The notes under the pieces are model-generated. The model worked only from the letters and a program-made list of their open reading frames with translations, was not told where the DNA came from and did not search any database. From an uncultured Acidobacteriota bacterium (lineage in GTDB: Bacteria > Acidobacteriota > Vicinamibacteria > Vicinamibacterales > 2-12-FULL-66-21), in the NCBI GenBank assembly GCA_963734695.1, contig CAVTIL010000015.1, forward strand, positions 465,260 to 529,259: 64,000 bases of DNA. Direction: 5' to 3'. Of the stretch, positions 10,151 to 19,805 are shown piece by piece; the first letter of the stretch is position 1, and each line of letters begins with the position of its first letter. Both the position numbers and the translations under genes were made by a program.

Positions 10151-12670
10151 CTACTCCACTCTCAACGCGGCTATCGGATCAATCGCCGCTGCGCGACGCG
10201 CGGGCACGTAGCCTGCCACGAGTGCCGTGCCAATCAGGATCCCCGCAAAACCGGCAAAGACCCGAACGTCGCTGGTGGCGATCCCCAGGAGCCCGGCCTC
10301 CATCAACCGGCCGAGCGCGAGCGAGAGCCCCAAACCGATCGCCGAGCCGATCAGTGTCAGTCGCAGCGCCTGGCCAAGCGTCAGCCGCATTACATCGTGA
10401 CTCGAGGCGCCAAGCGCCATGCGAATCCCGATCTCGTGCCGGCGTTGCGCGACGAAATACGTGATCAACGCGTAGAGGCCGACCGAGGCCAGCAGCAGCG
10501 CGATGGCCGCGAAGACGGTCATGATCGCAGCCAGATACTGCAGGCCAATGGTTCGCTCATGGAGCGCCCGGCGCATCGTCATCACCTCGAACACCGGTTG
10601 GGCAGGGTCGACGCCGAGCAACGCGCGCCGCGCCGTGGGCGCGGCCGACAACGGATCTCCAACCGTGCGAATGACGAAACAGAGGTAGTCGCTCGTGGCC
10701 TGCCGAAGCGGCCGATACATGACCGGTGAATTCCGGCGGTTGAACCAGTCGTGGATGACATCCCCCGACACGCCGACGACGGTCAGCCACGGTCCCTTTG
10801 GCACTTTGACTCGACGTCCGATCGGATCTTCATTCGGCCAGAACTTCCGCGCCATGGATTCCGAAATAATGACAACCTGCGCCGTATCCTCACGATCGAA
10901 GTCCGTGAAGTCCCGGCCGCGCAGCACAGGAATCCGCATGGCCGAAAAATACTTGTCCGTCTGAACTCGGAAATCGACCGATGGCAGATTGTTCGCGTCC
11001 GGCGCGGGATGACCCTCGATCTCAATCTGATGAGACCGGTTGGAGCCGCTCGTGGGCATGTTGTTGATGGCGGCGGCCTGTTCGACACCCGCAATGCCGT
11101 TCAGCGCATCGAGGGCCTTCGCCACGAACTGACGACGCGACGGGTCATCCGGGTACACGCGCTCGGGCAGCACGAGCTTCATCGTCAGAAGGCCTTCGGG
11201 ATCGTAGCCTTGCGGTCCCGTGAGAAAGCGCCGCGTTCCGAGCACGCCAAGCCCGGCCGCGACGAGGAGCGGCAGCGCGATCGACATTTCGAGGACGACG
11301 ATCGCGCGGCGAAGATTCTGTCGCCCGGTCGACGTCCGCCCTCCCTCCTTGAGCGTGTCAACCACCGACGACGAGGCGGCCTGAAACGCCGGCAAGAGCC
11401 CGAACACACATGCCGTCAGAATCGCTGCGCCGAAGGTGAAGGTCACGAGCCTCAAATCAGGACCCAGCGACTCGAACCCGGGGACGAATCGCAGGATGTT
11501 CGCCGGCATGCTGACGCGGATCGCGTACAGGCTCACCCATGCGAATCCGAGCGCTGCTGGCACCGCGAGGAGGGCGAGCAGCGCGCTTTCTGTGAGCGAT
11601 TCACGGATGATCCGGCCGCGGCTCGCGCCGAGCGCCAGACGAACGCCGGTCTCATGTCGCCGTTCGGCCGCGCGCGCCAGGAGCAGGTTGGCGATGTTGG
11701 CGCACGCGATCAGGAGAACGATGACCGCCGATGCCTGCCACAGCGAGAGCATCGGCCCGGTCCCTTCGTCCAGCATCCCCTGGGTCAGCGTGTAGACCCG
11801 CACGCCATGGTCGCGGTTCGCTTCGGGATACTCGCGCGCGAGCCGCGCCGCCAGCACCGACATCTCTGATTGCGCGTCCTCGAGCGTCGCGCCGGATTGA
11901 AGGCGGCCAATAGCCGTGAGGTACCGTGGGTTACGTGGCGGCGTCGTCCCGGGATCGAACGCGAGGGGCGACCAGAGCTGACACCCTTCAGGAAAGGCAA
12001 ATCGCGGCGGCATGACCCCGATCACCTGGTACGGCACGCCGTCCAGGATCACGCTGCGCCCTATGACCGACGGAGCCGCCTCGAAGCGACGCCTCCACAA
12101 CGCGTCGCTCAGAATCACGACGCGATGCCGCCCGAACGTCTCATCGTCTCGCACGAACGTCCGGCCCAGCGCCGGCCGCACGTTCAGCGATTCGAAGAGG
12201 CCGCTGGTCACCTGGAAACCCGCCAGCCGTTCGGGTTCGCCCCGTTCGACCAGGTTGGCATCCCACCAGCCATACGCGGACAGGAACGTCAGCGTCCGCG
12301 AATCGGCGCGCCAATCAAAGAAGTTCGCCGGTGAAACTGATCCTTTCTTGTAGTCGAGGTTGGGCCCGCTCTCGGAAAGCAGGACGACTCTGTCGGGATC
12401 GTCAAGCGGATAGGGACGAAGCACGAGCCGATCGATGAGGTTGAAAATGGCAGCGTTCGCGCCGAGACCAAGCGCCAGCGTCATCGTCACGGTCAACGTG
12501 AGGAGAGGGCGTTTGAACAGCGCACGCCAAGCGTACTGGATGTCTTTTAGAACCTGCACCGGATTATCGTTTCTGATCGGTCGCAGGGTAACTCTACGCG
12601 CGCCAAGGAAGACAGGTTCAGGGATTGCTGTCCCGATTACGGCCGATGCCCCAGCCCGCGAGCGCGCCAA
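10151..12670 (-). CDS. ABC-type permease, ADOP family (MacB-like periplasmic domain plus two FtsX domains)
   Basis: 839 aa. Conserved N-terminus ...LKDIQYAWRALFKRPLLTLTVTMTLALGLGANAAIFNLI. Two FtsX-like 4-TM modules. C-terminal ...PARRAAAIDPIAALRVE. No adjacent ATPase gene. Start may lie at an internal codon. Confidence 0.8.
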   Translation of the reverse strand: MARSRAGASAVIGTAIPEPVFLGARRVTLRPIRNDNPVQVLKDIQYAWRALFKRPLLTLTVTMTLALGLGANAAIFNLIDRLVLRPYPLDDPDRVVLLSESGPNLDYKKGSVSPANFFDWRADSRTLTFLSAYGWWDANLVERGEPERLAGFQVTSGLFESLNVRPALGRTFVRDDETFGRHRVVILSDALWRRRFEAAPSVIGRSVILDGVPYQVIGVMPPRFAFPEGCQLWSPLAFDPGTTPPRNPRYLTAIGRLQSGATLEDAQSEMSVLAARLAREYPEANRDHGVRVYTLTQGMLDEGTGPMLSLWQASAVIVLLIACANIANLLLARAAERRHETGVRLALGASRGRIIRESLTESALLALLAVPAALGFAWVSLYAIRVSMPANILRFVPGFESLGPDLRLVTFTFGAAILTACVFGLLPAFQAASSSVVDTLKEGGRTSTGRQNLRRAIVVLEMSIALPLLVAAGLGVLGTRRFLTGPQGYDPEGLLTMKLVLPERVYPDDPSRRQFVAKALDALNGIAGVEQAAAINNMPTSGSNRSHQIEIEGHPAPDANNLPSVDFRVQTDKYFSAMRIPVLRGRDFTDFDREDTAQVVIISESMARKFWPNEDPIGRRVKVPKGPWLTVVGVSGDVIHDWFNRRNSPVMYRPLRQATSDYLCFVIRTVGDPLSAAPTARRALLGVDPAQPVFEVMTMRRALHERTIGLQYLAAIMTVFAAIALLLASVGLYALITYFVAQRRHEIGIRMALGASSHDVMRLTLGQALRLTLIGSAIGLGLSLALGRLMEAGLLGIATSDVRVFAGFAGILIGTALVAGYVPARRAAAIDPIAALRVE

Positions 12671-13010
12671 TGCCGGCGGTTACGCCACCCCAAACCAGAG
12701 CCGGGCCTCCAGGGCCCACCGGTGTGAAAACCTCGTTCTGATGGTGGTCATTCGCAGCCACGGCATAAGTAAGGAGAAAGCCGGCACTGAACCCGATCAT
12801 GGCGCCCGTCCACACCGGATGTCTCTCCATCCAGTTGCGGTTGTCCTGATTGTTACCGTCTGCGGACGGACGACTCGACGATCGCGTCTCGGCTCGGAAC
12901 TGCTTCTGCGGGTCCTTTCTAAGCGACGCTTTCGACAGCGGTCCTGGCTCAGCGCCGGCCAGAGACGCCTGAAACAGCGACACACAGCAGACGACAGCGA
13001 GGATCTTCAT
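12618..13010 (-). CDS. small secreted protein with C-terminal glycine-zipper membrane segment
   Basis: Start at MKILAVVCCVSLFQASLAGA (signal peptide). C-terminus GAMIGFSAGFLL...WGGVTAGIGALAGWGIG (glycine zipper). Overlaps the nominal 5' end of the ADOP ORF, so one of the two starts is wrong. Confidence 0.35.
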   Translation of the reverse strand: MKILAVVCCVSLFQASLAGAEPGPLSKASLRKDPQKQFRAETRSSSRPSADGNNQDNRNWMERHPVWTGAMIGFSAGFLLTYAVAANDHHQNEVFTPVGPGGPALVWGGVTAGIGALAGWGIGRNRDSNP

Positions 13011-13194
13011 GATCAGTTTCGGAGAGCAATACACAAGCCGCACTTCACACCCACAATCCCGTCCGGGATCATCTGATCGGGGCCCTCACAGATCACGTAA
13101 TTGGTGAATGCGGTTTCGAGATTGTAGGGACCAATCCAGCCCCACGTTTGAGCACTTCCGTCGTGATGTTCTAATCGCCGGATCGAAGGATTGG

Positions 13195-13246
13195 AAATTC
13201 GATTCGAGGATCCGGGATTCAGGATCAGTGATCAGCGATCAGGGAT
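13195..13246. repeat. degenerate heptamer array (GGATCCG/GGATTCA/GGATCAG/TGATCAG/CGATCAG/GGATTCA)
   Basis: Read directly between the ADOP stop (13247) and the upstream small gene: ggatccgggattcaggatcagtgatcagcgatcagggattca. Confidence 0.5.
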
Positions 13247-15682
13247 TCATTCCTGCCTGAGCGCCACCAGCGGATCGACACCGGCCGCGCGGCGCGCGGG
13301 AATGTAACAGGCGCCGAGCGCGACGAGAGCGAGCACCATCGCGACGGCTGCATAAGAAAGCGGATCCGCCGGCTGCACGCCGAAGAGTTGGCTGCGCAGC
13401 AGCCGCGTGGAGGCCAGGCTCACGCCAATTCCGATCACCAGACCGACGAGCACCAGTCTTCCACCCATCAGCAGCATCAAACCCAGCACGTGGCGGCGTG
13501 GCGCCCCCAAGGCCATGCGCACACCCAGTTCGTGAGTGCGTCGAAGCACGTGAAACGACAGGACGCTGTAAATGCCTGCGGCCGCGAGCGCGAGACCGAT
13601 GAGTGCAAACGCGCTGAACAGCGCCATCGTGAAGCGGGGCTGAATCACGTCTTCCCCGAGCACCTCGCTGACCGTTATCGGTCGGCCCAGGGGCTGATCC
13701 GGATCCATGGCCCGGAGGGCGGCACGAATCGGATTCAGCTGGAGATTGGGATCCGCGGCCGTCCGCACCGCGAGCATGCGCTGCAGTGGCGCGACGACGG
13801 AGTACGGCAGGACGACGACCGGGTTGGGATCGTTCCTGAGACCGGCGTTCCGCGTGTTGGCAATCATGCCGACGATCGTGACCTCCGCGCTGCGGCTCGA
13901 ATCGATGAGCGTGCGGGGAGGCGGATTCTGCAAGGCGCCGAGGCGCATGCGCGCACCAATCGGATTCTCGCCTGCCGGAAACAATTTCACGGCGGCTTCA
14001 TTGATGAGTGCGACGCGATCGCCACGTCGAATTTCGGCCGCGTCGAACATCCGACCGCCCAGGAGCCGGATGCCGAACACGCGCAGATGATCGGCCCCGA
14101 CGAAGTTCAGCCCGATGCGTTTCGAGTCGTCGGGCGTCTGGCCGACGACGGCGAAAGACGACTGGGTGCCGCCGAACGGGTGACCGACCGAAGCGGCTTC
14201 GATACCCGGCAGGGTGCGGACGCGATCGATCAGCGCCTCCACGAATTGATTGCGCTGATCGAAGGTTCCGTACTTGGCCGGGGGCAAGGGAACGCCGACG
14301 AGCAACACCCGATCGGCGCGGATACCGGGATCGACGCGATTGAGAACGAAGAAGGTCCGGATGGTCAGCCCCGCGCTGACGAGCAGGACGACCGACAACG
14401 CAACCTCGACAATCACCAGCACGTGACGGCTCCGTCCGCCGTCGCTCTCCAAACCGGTGCTGCGGCCTGCCTTCAACGTGTCCGCAATGTCCGGCCGCGA
14501 CATGCGAAGCGCCGGCACGACACCGAACAGGATGCCCGTCACCAGCGACACAAGGACGGAGAACGCGAGGACCGGCAGATTGATGGCGACGCGCGATTCA
14601 TTGGGCACATAGAACTCGGGCATCAGGCTCACGATCGTCCGGATGGCGCCAAACGCGAAAAGAACACCAAGAGCGCCCCCAGCCAGCGAGAGCAGCGTGC
14701 TCTCGGTGAGCAGTTGACGAAGCAGGCGACGTCGCCCGGCGCCGATCGACATTCTCACCGCCATCTCTCGGGTCCTCGCGGTGCCGCGGGCGAGCTGGAG
14801 GTTCGCGACGTTCGCACACGCGATCAGCAGGAGGAACCCGACCGCGCCGAGCAGGAGCTGAAGGCTCGTGCGCATTTCGCCGCTGGCTACGGTCACGTCG
14901 AGATAGTTCCTCAGCCTGGTGGTAAAACCTTGAGGTGGAAATGTGGACGGCTTCTCGTTCGCCAGGCGTTGATTGAAGGCTTTCAGCTGTTCTTCGGCCG
15001 AGGCCGGGGAGACGCCGGGCGCCAGCCGCATGATGGGATTCACAAAGAACAGATCGGTTCGACCCGGAGCGAGCGGAAGCCAGAACCCGTCGTTGCCGTA
15101 CCAGCCAAAACGCGGCGGCATTACGCCGATGATGGTGTGCGGCCGGCCGTTGAGCTGCATCGTCCGACCGATCGCAGACGGACTGCCCTCGAAGAGGCGC
15201 AGCCACAACCGGTGACTCAACACCACGACCGGTTCGGCCAGCCCGTCAGGCCGAATGTCCGACGGTTGAATCGTGCGCCCGGCAATGGGCGGCACGCCGA
15301 GGAAATTGAAGGCGTTGCCGGACAAGAGGACCCCGTTGACACTCTCCGGCGCAAATTCCCCCGCCAGGAGCACTGTTTCCTGGGAAGTGGCCATGACATC
15401 GGCAAACGCCTGGATTTCCGACAATTGACGCACCTCGTCCAGCTGGTAGGCCCGACCTCCGCGGCCGTCCGCTCCGCGAAGCTCCGGCGCCCAGATCTCC
15501 CCCGGCCTGGCGTACGGATACGGCGCGATGATGACGCCGTAGATCACGCTGAAAATCGCTGACGTCGCGCCGATGCCGAGCATCAGCGACAGGAGCGCCA
15601 CGAGCGTGAACGCCGGGCTCCGCCGAAACGATCGAAGGGCGTAGCCGAGATCCTGAGTCAGTCCCCCTAGCCAGCGGGTCAT
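13247..15682 (-). CDS. ABC-type permease, ADOP family (double FtsX)
   Basis: 811 aa. N-terminus MTRWLGGLTQDLGYALRSFRRSPAFTLVALLSLMLGIGATSAIFSVIYGV. Two FtsX modules. C-terminus PARRAAGVDPLVALRQE. Intact. Confidence 0.85.
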   Translation of the reverse strand: MTRWLGGLTQDLGYALRSFRRSPAFTLVALLSLMLGIGATSAIFSVIYGVIIAPYPYARPGEIWAPELRGADGRGGRAYQLDEVRQLSEIQAFADVMATSQETVLLAGEFAPESVNGVLLSGNAFNFLGVPPIAGRTIQPSDIRPDGLAEPVVVLSHRLWLRLFEGSPSAIGRTMQLNGRPHTIIGVMPPRFGWYGNDGFWLPLAPGRTDLFFVNPIMRLAPGVSPASAEEQLKAFNQRLANEKPSTFPPQGFTTRLRNYLDVTVASGEMRTSLQLLLGAVGFLLLIACANVANLQLARGTARTREMAVRMSIGAGRRRLLRQLLTESTLLSLAGGALGVLFAFGAIRTIVSLMPEFYVPNESRVAINLPVLAFSVLVSLVTGILFGVVPALRMSRPDIADTLKAGRSTGLESDGGRSRHVLVIVEVALSVVLLVSAGLTIRTFFVLNRVDPGIRADRVLLVGVPLPPAKYGTFDQRNQFVEALIDRVRTLPGIEAASVGHPFGGTQSSFAVVGQTPDDSKRIGLNFVGADHLRVFGIRLLGGRMFDAAEIRRGDRVALINEAAVKLFPAGENPIGARMRLGALQNPPPRTLIDSSRSAEVTIVGMIANTRNAGLRNDPNPVVVLPYSVVAPLQRMLAVRTAADPNLQLNPIRAALRAMDPDQPLGRPITVSEVLGEDVIQPRFTMALFSAFALIGLALAAAGIYSVLSFHVLRRTHELGVRMALGAPRRHVLGLMLLMGGRLVLVGLVIGIGVSLASTRLLRSQLFGVQPADPLSYAAVAMVLALVALGACYIPARRAAGVDPLVALRQE

Positions 15683-15785
15683 TCACGTCTCCTTGGTGTG
15701 CTGAGCCTTAGACGACCGGGCGACTGTTTCCGTTTGCGGCTGGTTGGCCACAAACGGGATATCCTGCTCCAGAGGTGACGTCACG

Positions 15786-16145
15786 ATGATGAGCCGGCAA
15801 CAACGAATCGCGCTCGTATTCGGCCTGGCGCTGCTGGCGGCAGGGTGCGGAGCGCTGAGCATCAAGCAGGTGCTGTCCGATCCAGGGAAGTTTCGCAACC
15901 AGACGCTGACGGTGCACGGCACCGTTGACGAAAGCGTCTCGGTGCTCGGGCGCGGGGCCTATCGAATCTCGGACGGCGACCAGAGCCTCTGGGTGGTCAC
16001 GAGCTCTGGGGCACCACGCAAGGGCGCTCACGTGAACGTCACGGGCCGTCTCCAGGAGGGCTACGACCTCAGCTTCATCAAGCTTCCGGATACGCTTCAG
16101 AACGGCGTGGTGCTGGTGGACGCGTCATACAAGGTGCGCGACTGA
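15786..16145 (+). CDS. small lipoprotein, function unknown (possibly OB-fold/BOF-like)
   Basis: MMSRQQRIALVFGLALLAAGC lipobox followed by a ~100-aa soluble domain. Confidence 0.45.
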   Translation: MMSRQQRIALVFGLALLAAGCGALSIKQVLSDPGKFRNQTLTVHGTVDESVSVLGRGAYRISDGDQSLWVVTSSGAPRKGAHVNVTGRLQEGYDLSFIKLPDTLQNGVVLVDASYKVRD

Positions 16146-16155
16146 ACTGACCGTC

Positions 16156-16192
16156 CCTTGACAGACCTGTCGGACTGCAAAACTAATAGGAA
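16156..16192 (+). promoter_or_regulatory. candidate promoter: CTTGACAG -35-like box plus conserved CTGCAAAACTAATAGGAAC block (copy 1 of 2)
   Basis: cttgacagacctgtcggactgcaaaactaataggaac lies immediately upstream of the GTG start at 16198. A near-identical block occurs at 35724-35758. Confidence 0.4.
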
Positions 16193-16197
16193 CCGCC

Positions 16198-16869
16198 GTG
16201 CGCCTGCAGTTCCACGACCTGACCTTCGATTCCGACACCCGCCAGCTCTGGGTCGGCACACGGGAGGCTCGCCTCTCTCCGAAGGCCTTCGATCTGCTCG
16301 CGCTGCTCGTCGGCTGCCGCCCGCGAGCCGTGTCCAAGGCGGAAATCCGGGAGCACCTCTGGCCCGGGACGTACGTGTCCGAGAGCAGTCTGCCGTCGCT
16401 CATCTCCGAGATCCGGGACGTCATCGCGGATCATCGACGGAAGCCCGGGTTGATTCGCACCGTGCACGGATTCGGCTATGCATTCCAGTGGGAGCAGGAG
16501 CCCGTCTCGGCGCCGGCCTCTCACAACGAGGCGCGCCACGGCTGGCTCATTGGCTCGACGGCCGAAGTGGCGCTCGTTCCCGGCGAGAACATTGTCGGCC
16601 GCGAGGGGGATGGTGTGATTGTGGTGAAGTCGAGCACCGTCTCCCGCCGTCACGCGCGCATTTCGCTCGATCCCAGCGGCGCGGTGGTGGAAGATCTCGG
16701 CAGCAAGAATGGCACCTACGTCAACGATCAGCGGATCAGCGCCCCGACGCCAATCGCCGACGGCGATCAGGTGCGAATTGGATCGCTGCTCTTCACCTTC
16801 CGGATGTCACTGGGATCCGAGACGACCGAGACGCAGGCGTCTCGCAGCGGACTGAAACTACGATCCTGA
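16198..16869 (+). CDS. transcriptional regulator with N-terminal OmpR/PhoB-type winged-helix DNA-binding domain and C-terminal FHA domain
   Basis: GTG start. N-terminus FDLLALLVGCRPRAVSKAEIREHLWPG...TVHGFGYAF (trans_reg_C). C-terminus NIVGREGDGVIVVKSSTVSRRHARISLD...LGSKNGTYVNDQRI (FHA: G-R...S-R-x-H...N-G-T). Confidence 0.7.
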   Translation: MRLQFHDLTFDSDTRQLWVGTREARLSPKAFDLLALLVGCRPRAVSKAEIREHLWPGTYVSESSLPSLISEIRDVIADHRRKPGLIRTVHGFGYAFQWEQEPVSAPASHNEARHGWLIGSTAEVALVPGENIVGREGDGVIVVKSSTVSRRHARISLDPSGAVVEDLGSKNGTYVNDQRISAPTPIADGDQVRIGSLLFTFRMSLGSETTETQASRSGLKLRS

Positions 16870-16885
16870 TTTCTGACCGCGCCGT

Positions 16886-19799
16886 TCACTTGTCGAGCAA
16901 CGTCCGCCAATCCATGACGACGACGAGTTGCGGATCGGGAAGGACCTTCAGAAGAAAGCGCTGACCGTTCTTGTCGACGGCGTACGGTCGGTTGTCGCCG
17001 CCCCTGATCTGTGTGGGGAACAACTTTTGAGGCACGCCCTGGGACACGCCGTTCGTCGCGTCAAAGCCAGCGGCCATCATCGTCCCATCGGGCGACACGA
17101 AGAAAAGCTCCTTGCCGTCCCCTCGCCAGCGGGGATACCGCCCGCCATCACGCGAAATAGTTCGCGCGGGGTCCTTGTTCGGGAACGGTCGGACGACGAT
17201 TTCGTAGCGGCCCGACGCGTTGGACTGGTAGGCGACCCAACGGCCGTCTGGCGAGAAGGTGCCATTGAGCTCGCTCTGTTTCGAGCTCACAAAGACCTTG
17301 GGCGTCCGGTCTCCGGACATGGACAGTGTCCACAGATCAAGATCTCCGTTCTTCTTGACGACGTTGAAGATCAGGACGTCGGCGCGCGACCAGGAGGCGA
17401 CCATGAAGCCGTTGGCTTCAGACTGCTCGACCTTCGCAAGAGGCACGTCGACCCCGCTACCATCGGAGTCGCGCAGAAACAGACTCTGGCCTCCCAGCCG
17501 GCCTGAGTTGAAGGCGATGTGCTTTCCGTCTGGCGACCACGCAGGGTCGAAGTCGGCGTGGTCATCCGTCAGAGGCGTCGCTCTTCCCGTCGTCAGTTCG
17601 ATCAGCCAGATATCGTTCTGCCGTTCGCCCGCGTGGACAGATAAGTTGGAAAAGGCCAGCTGCTGACCGTCCGGGCTCACATCGAGATTGCCGCCAGAAA
17701 ATCCCGGGGCGCCAACGGTTCCCACAGGTTGCCCGCTGCGGTCCACCCAGGTCAGCTGCGTTTCCGTTTTCGGCGGCGGCAGGAACACGAACCGGCCGTT
17801 CGTGGACACCGAGAACCCACGAGACCCCGGTAAGACTTGTGCTCGAAGGGCCACGGGATCGCCTTCCAGCCGGAGCGTTTCCTTATTGAAGGACTGCGCC
17901 ATCACGTTGCCGCCACGCGTGAAGAACACGTGTCCCGCGGCGTAGGCGACGGGGGACTCGAACGTTCCCATCACAACCGTGTCCGCCGTCGTCAGCGATC
18001 CCACGCGCAGCTCGTTTTTCATCCCAAGACCGGCGACGTACAGGAAACGTTGACCGTCCGGAAGGAACGCGGGCCGCCGATGCAGGGACGTCTGACGCTC
18101 GGTGACCGGTGTCGTGACCGGCGTCGCCATTCCGCCTCGCTTCACGTCGATTCGATACAGGTTGCCGTCGCTGGACGGCCCGAAGACGACGATGCCCTGG
18201 CTGTTCCAGGTCCCGGAAGGGGCCATCCCGAGACTCTCCCAGTTCTCGGGCATGGACACGGGCCATGGCAACGGCACGACCGCTGCTCCGCCGCTCGCCT
18301 TCACGGTTTTCAACTGATTGCCGGCAAAGAAACCTATCGACTGGCTGTCCGGGCTCCAGAATGGATTGCGCGCGCCATCCGTGCCACGAATCGGCCGTGC
18401 ATCGACCGCGGCCAACGATCGCACCCAAAGCGACGACCCGGCTTTCGAATTCGCGATGAACGCGACGTGTCGGCCGTCGGGAGACACGTTGAAATCGACC
18501 GCCTGTGTCGTGAAGCTCCAGCCCTCGGGAGGGAGAATTGGAAATTCGACGTGCTCGGGCACCGCCGGCGGCACGTCACGACGGTTGAGCAGCATCATTC
18601 CACCCAACGTCAGCGCGAGGGCTGCAGCAACAATCCAGCCGAGCCGGTCCCGAACGCGGCCTGACTTTGCCGGCGTCGCCTCAGTCGCCGACGCGGTCGA
18701 TGCGAGTGGTTTGCTCCCATCATCGAGTTCGATCCGTGCGTCCGCGATGTCGTGGAGCCGGTGGCGCGGATCCTTCTGCAAGCATCGATCGAGCAACGTG
18801 CGGATGGATGCCGGTGTTTTTGCGGGCAGCGCGGTCCAGTCTGGCGCGTGCTCCAGGATGCTAACGAACGTGTCGGAGATCGTGTCGCCGTCAAACGCCC
18901 GGCGCCCCGACAGCATTTCGTAGAGCACGCACCCGAACGCCCAGATATCTGTGCGTTTATCGACCGCCTGCCCGCGCGCTTGCTCCGGGCTCATGTAGGC
19001 CGGCGTCCCGAGAATCCGTCCCTCGTCGGTTCCGTCGAGCGAGCCCGGCGGCCGCTGGGTCAGGTCTCCCTCCAGACCAACGGCTATCGACTTGGCGAGG
19101 CCGAAGTCGAGCACTTTCACGCGTGTCTCGCTCGACGGCACGCCCGCGGCGTTTGCCGAGCTTTGCAGCACGATGTTGCCCGGCTTCAGATCGCGATGGA
19201 CGATGCCCTTCTCGTGCGCGGCGTCGAGTGCCTCGGCGATCTGGCGCGCAATCGCGAGCGCGTCTGCGATCGGCAGCGGTCCGCGTTCGAGCCGTTCCGC
19301 CAGCGTGGGACCCTCGACGAGCTCGAGGACCAACGCGGTCAGCGCCATCGGTTTCTTCCAGTCCGTAGATCGCGCCGATGTGCGGATGGTTGAGCGTGGC
19401 TAGGAGACGCGCTTCGCGCGCGAAGCGCGCGCGTCGTTCCGGGTCGGAGGTGAAGTGCGACGGCAGGATCTTGATCGCGACGTCGCGACCGAGCTTGCTG
19501 TCACGTGCGCGATAGACCTCGCCCATCCCGCCGGCACCGAGCGGCGCAACGATCGTGTACGGGCCGATCTGCCGGTTCAGCATCGGTACTCCGGTGGGAG
19601 CGCCTGCGACGATAGCCGCAGCGGGCGTTTCGAGGAAGCGACTCGACGCCGACTCGTGGACAAGCAGGGACTCCACTTCCTGTCGCAGCGACTCGTCTCC
19701 ATCGCACGCGTCCCTCAGGAACGCACGGCGCTCGGCTGGCGCGCGCCCCAGCGCCGCGTGATAGATGTCCGAGACGCGATCGCGCGATTCCGACGACAT
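16886..19799 (-). CDS. Ser/Thr protein kinase with TM segment and C-terminal PD40/TolB-like beta-propeller sensor. Apparent 1-nt insertion near 19345.
   Basis: N-terminal frame 18957..19799 holds the kinase subdomains (GAGGMGEVYRARD...VAIKIL) up to ...IYGLEETDG. The frame then switches to the 16886..19348 ORF (ALTALVLELVEGPTLAERL...HRDLKPGNIVL...DFG...PEQ). Relative to the downstream paralog (gatggcgtggccgcg), this copy reads gatggcgctgaccgcg. Confidence 0.7.
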
Positions 19800-19805
19800 A
19801 CCGTC

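Noticed and set aside
10751-11869. 372-aa plus-strand ORF inside the first ADOP gene
   Set aside because: Same reasoning: antisense, R-rich, no domains.
13388-15562. 724-aa plus-strand ORF spanning the ADOP permease gene
   Set aside because: Antisense to a clearly conserved ADOP gene. Low-complexity R/D/E/H-rich product with no motifs.
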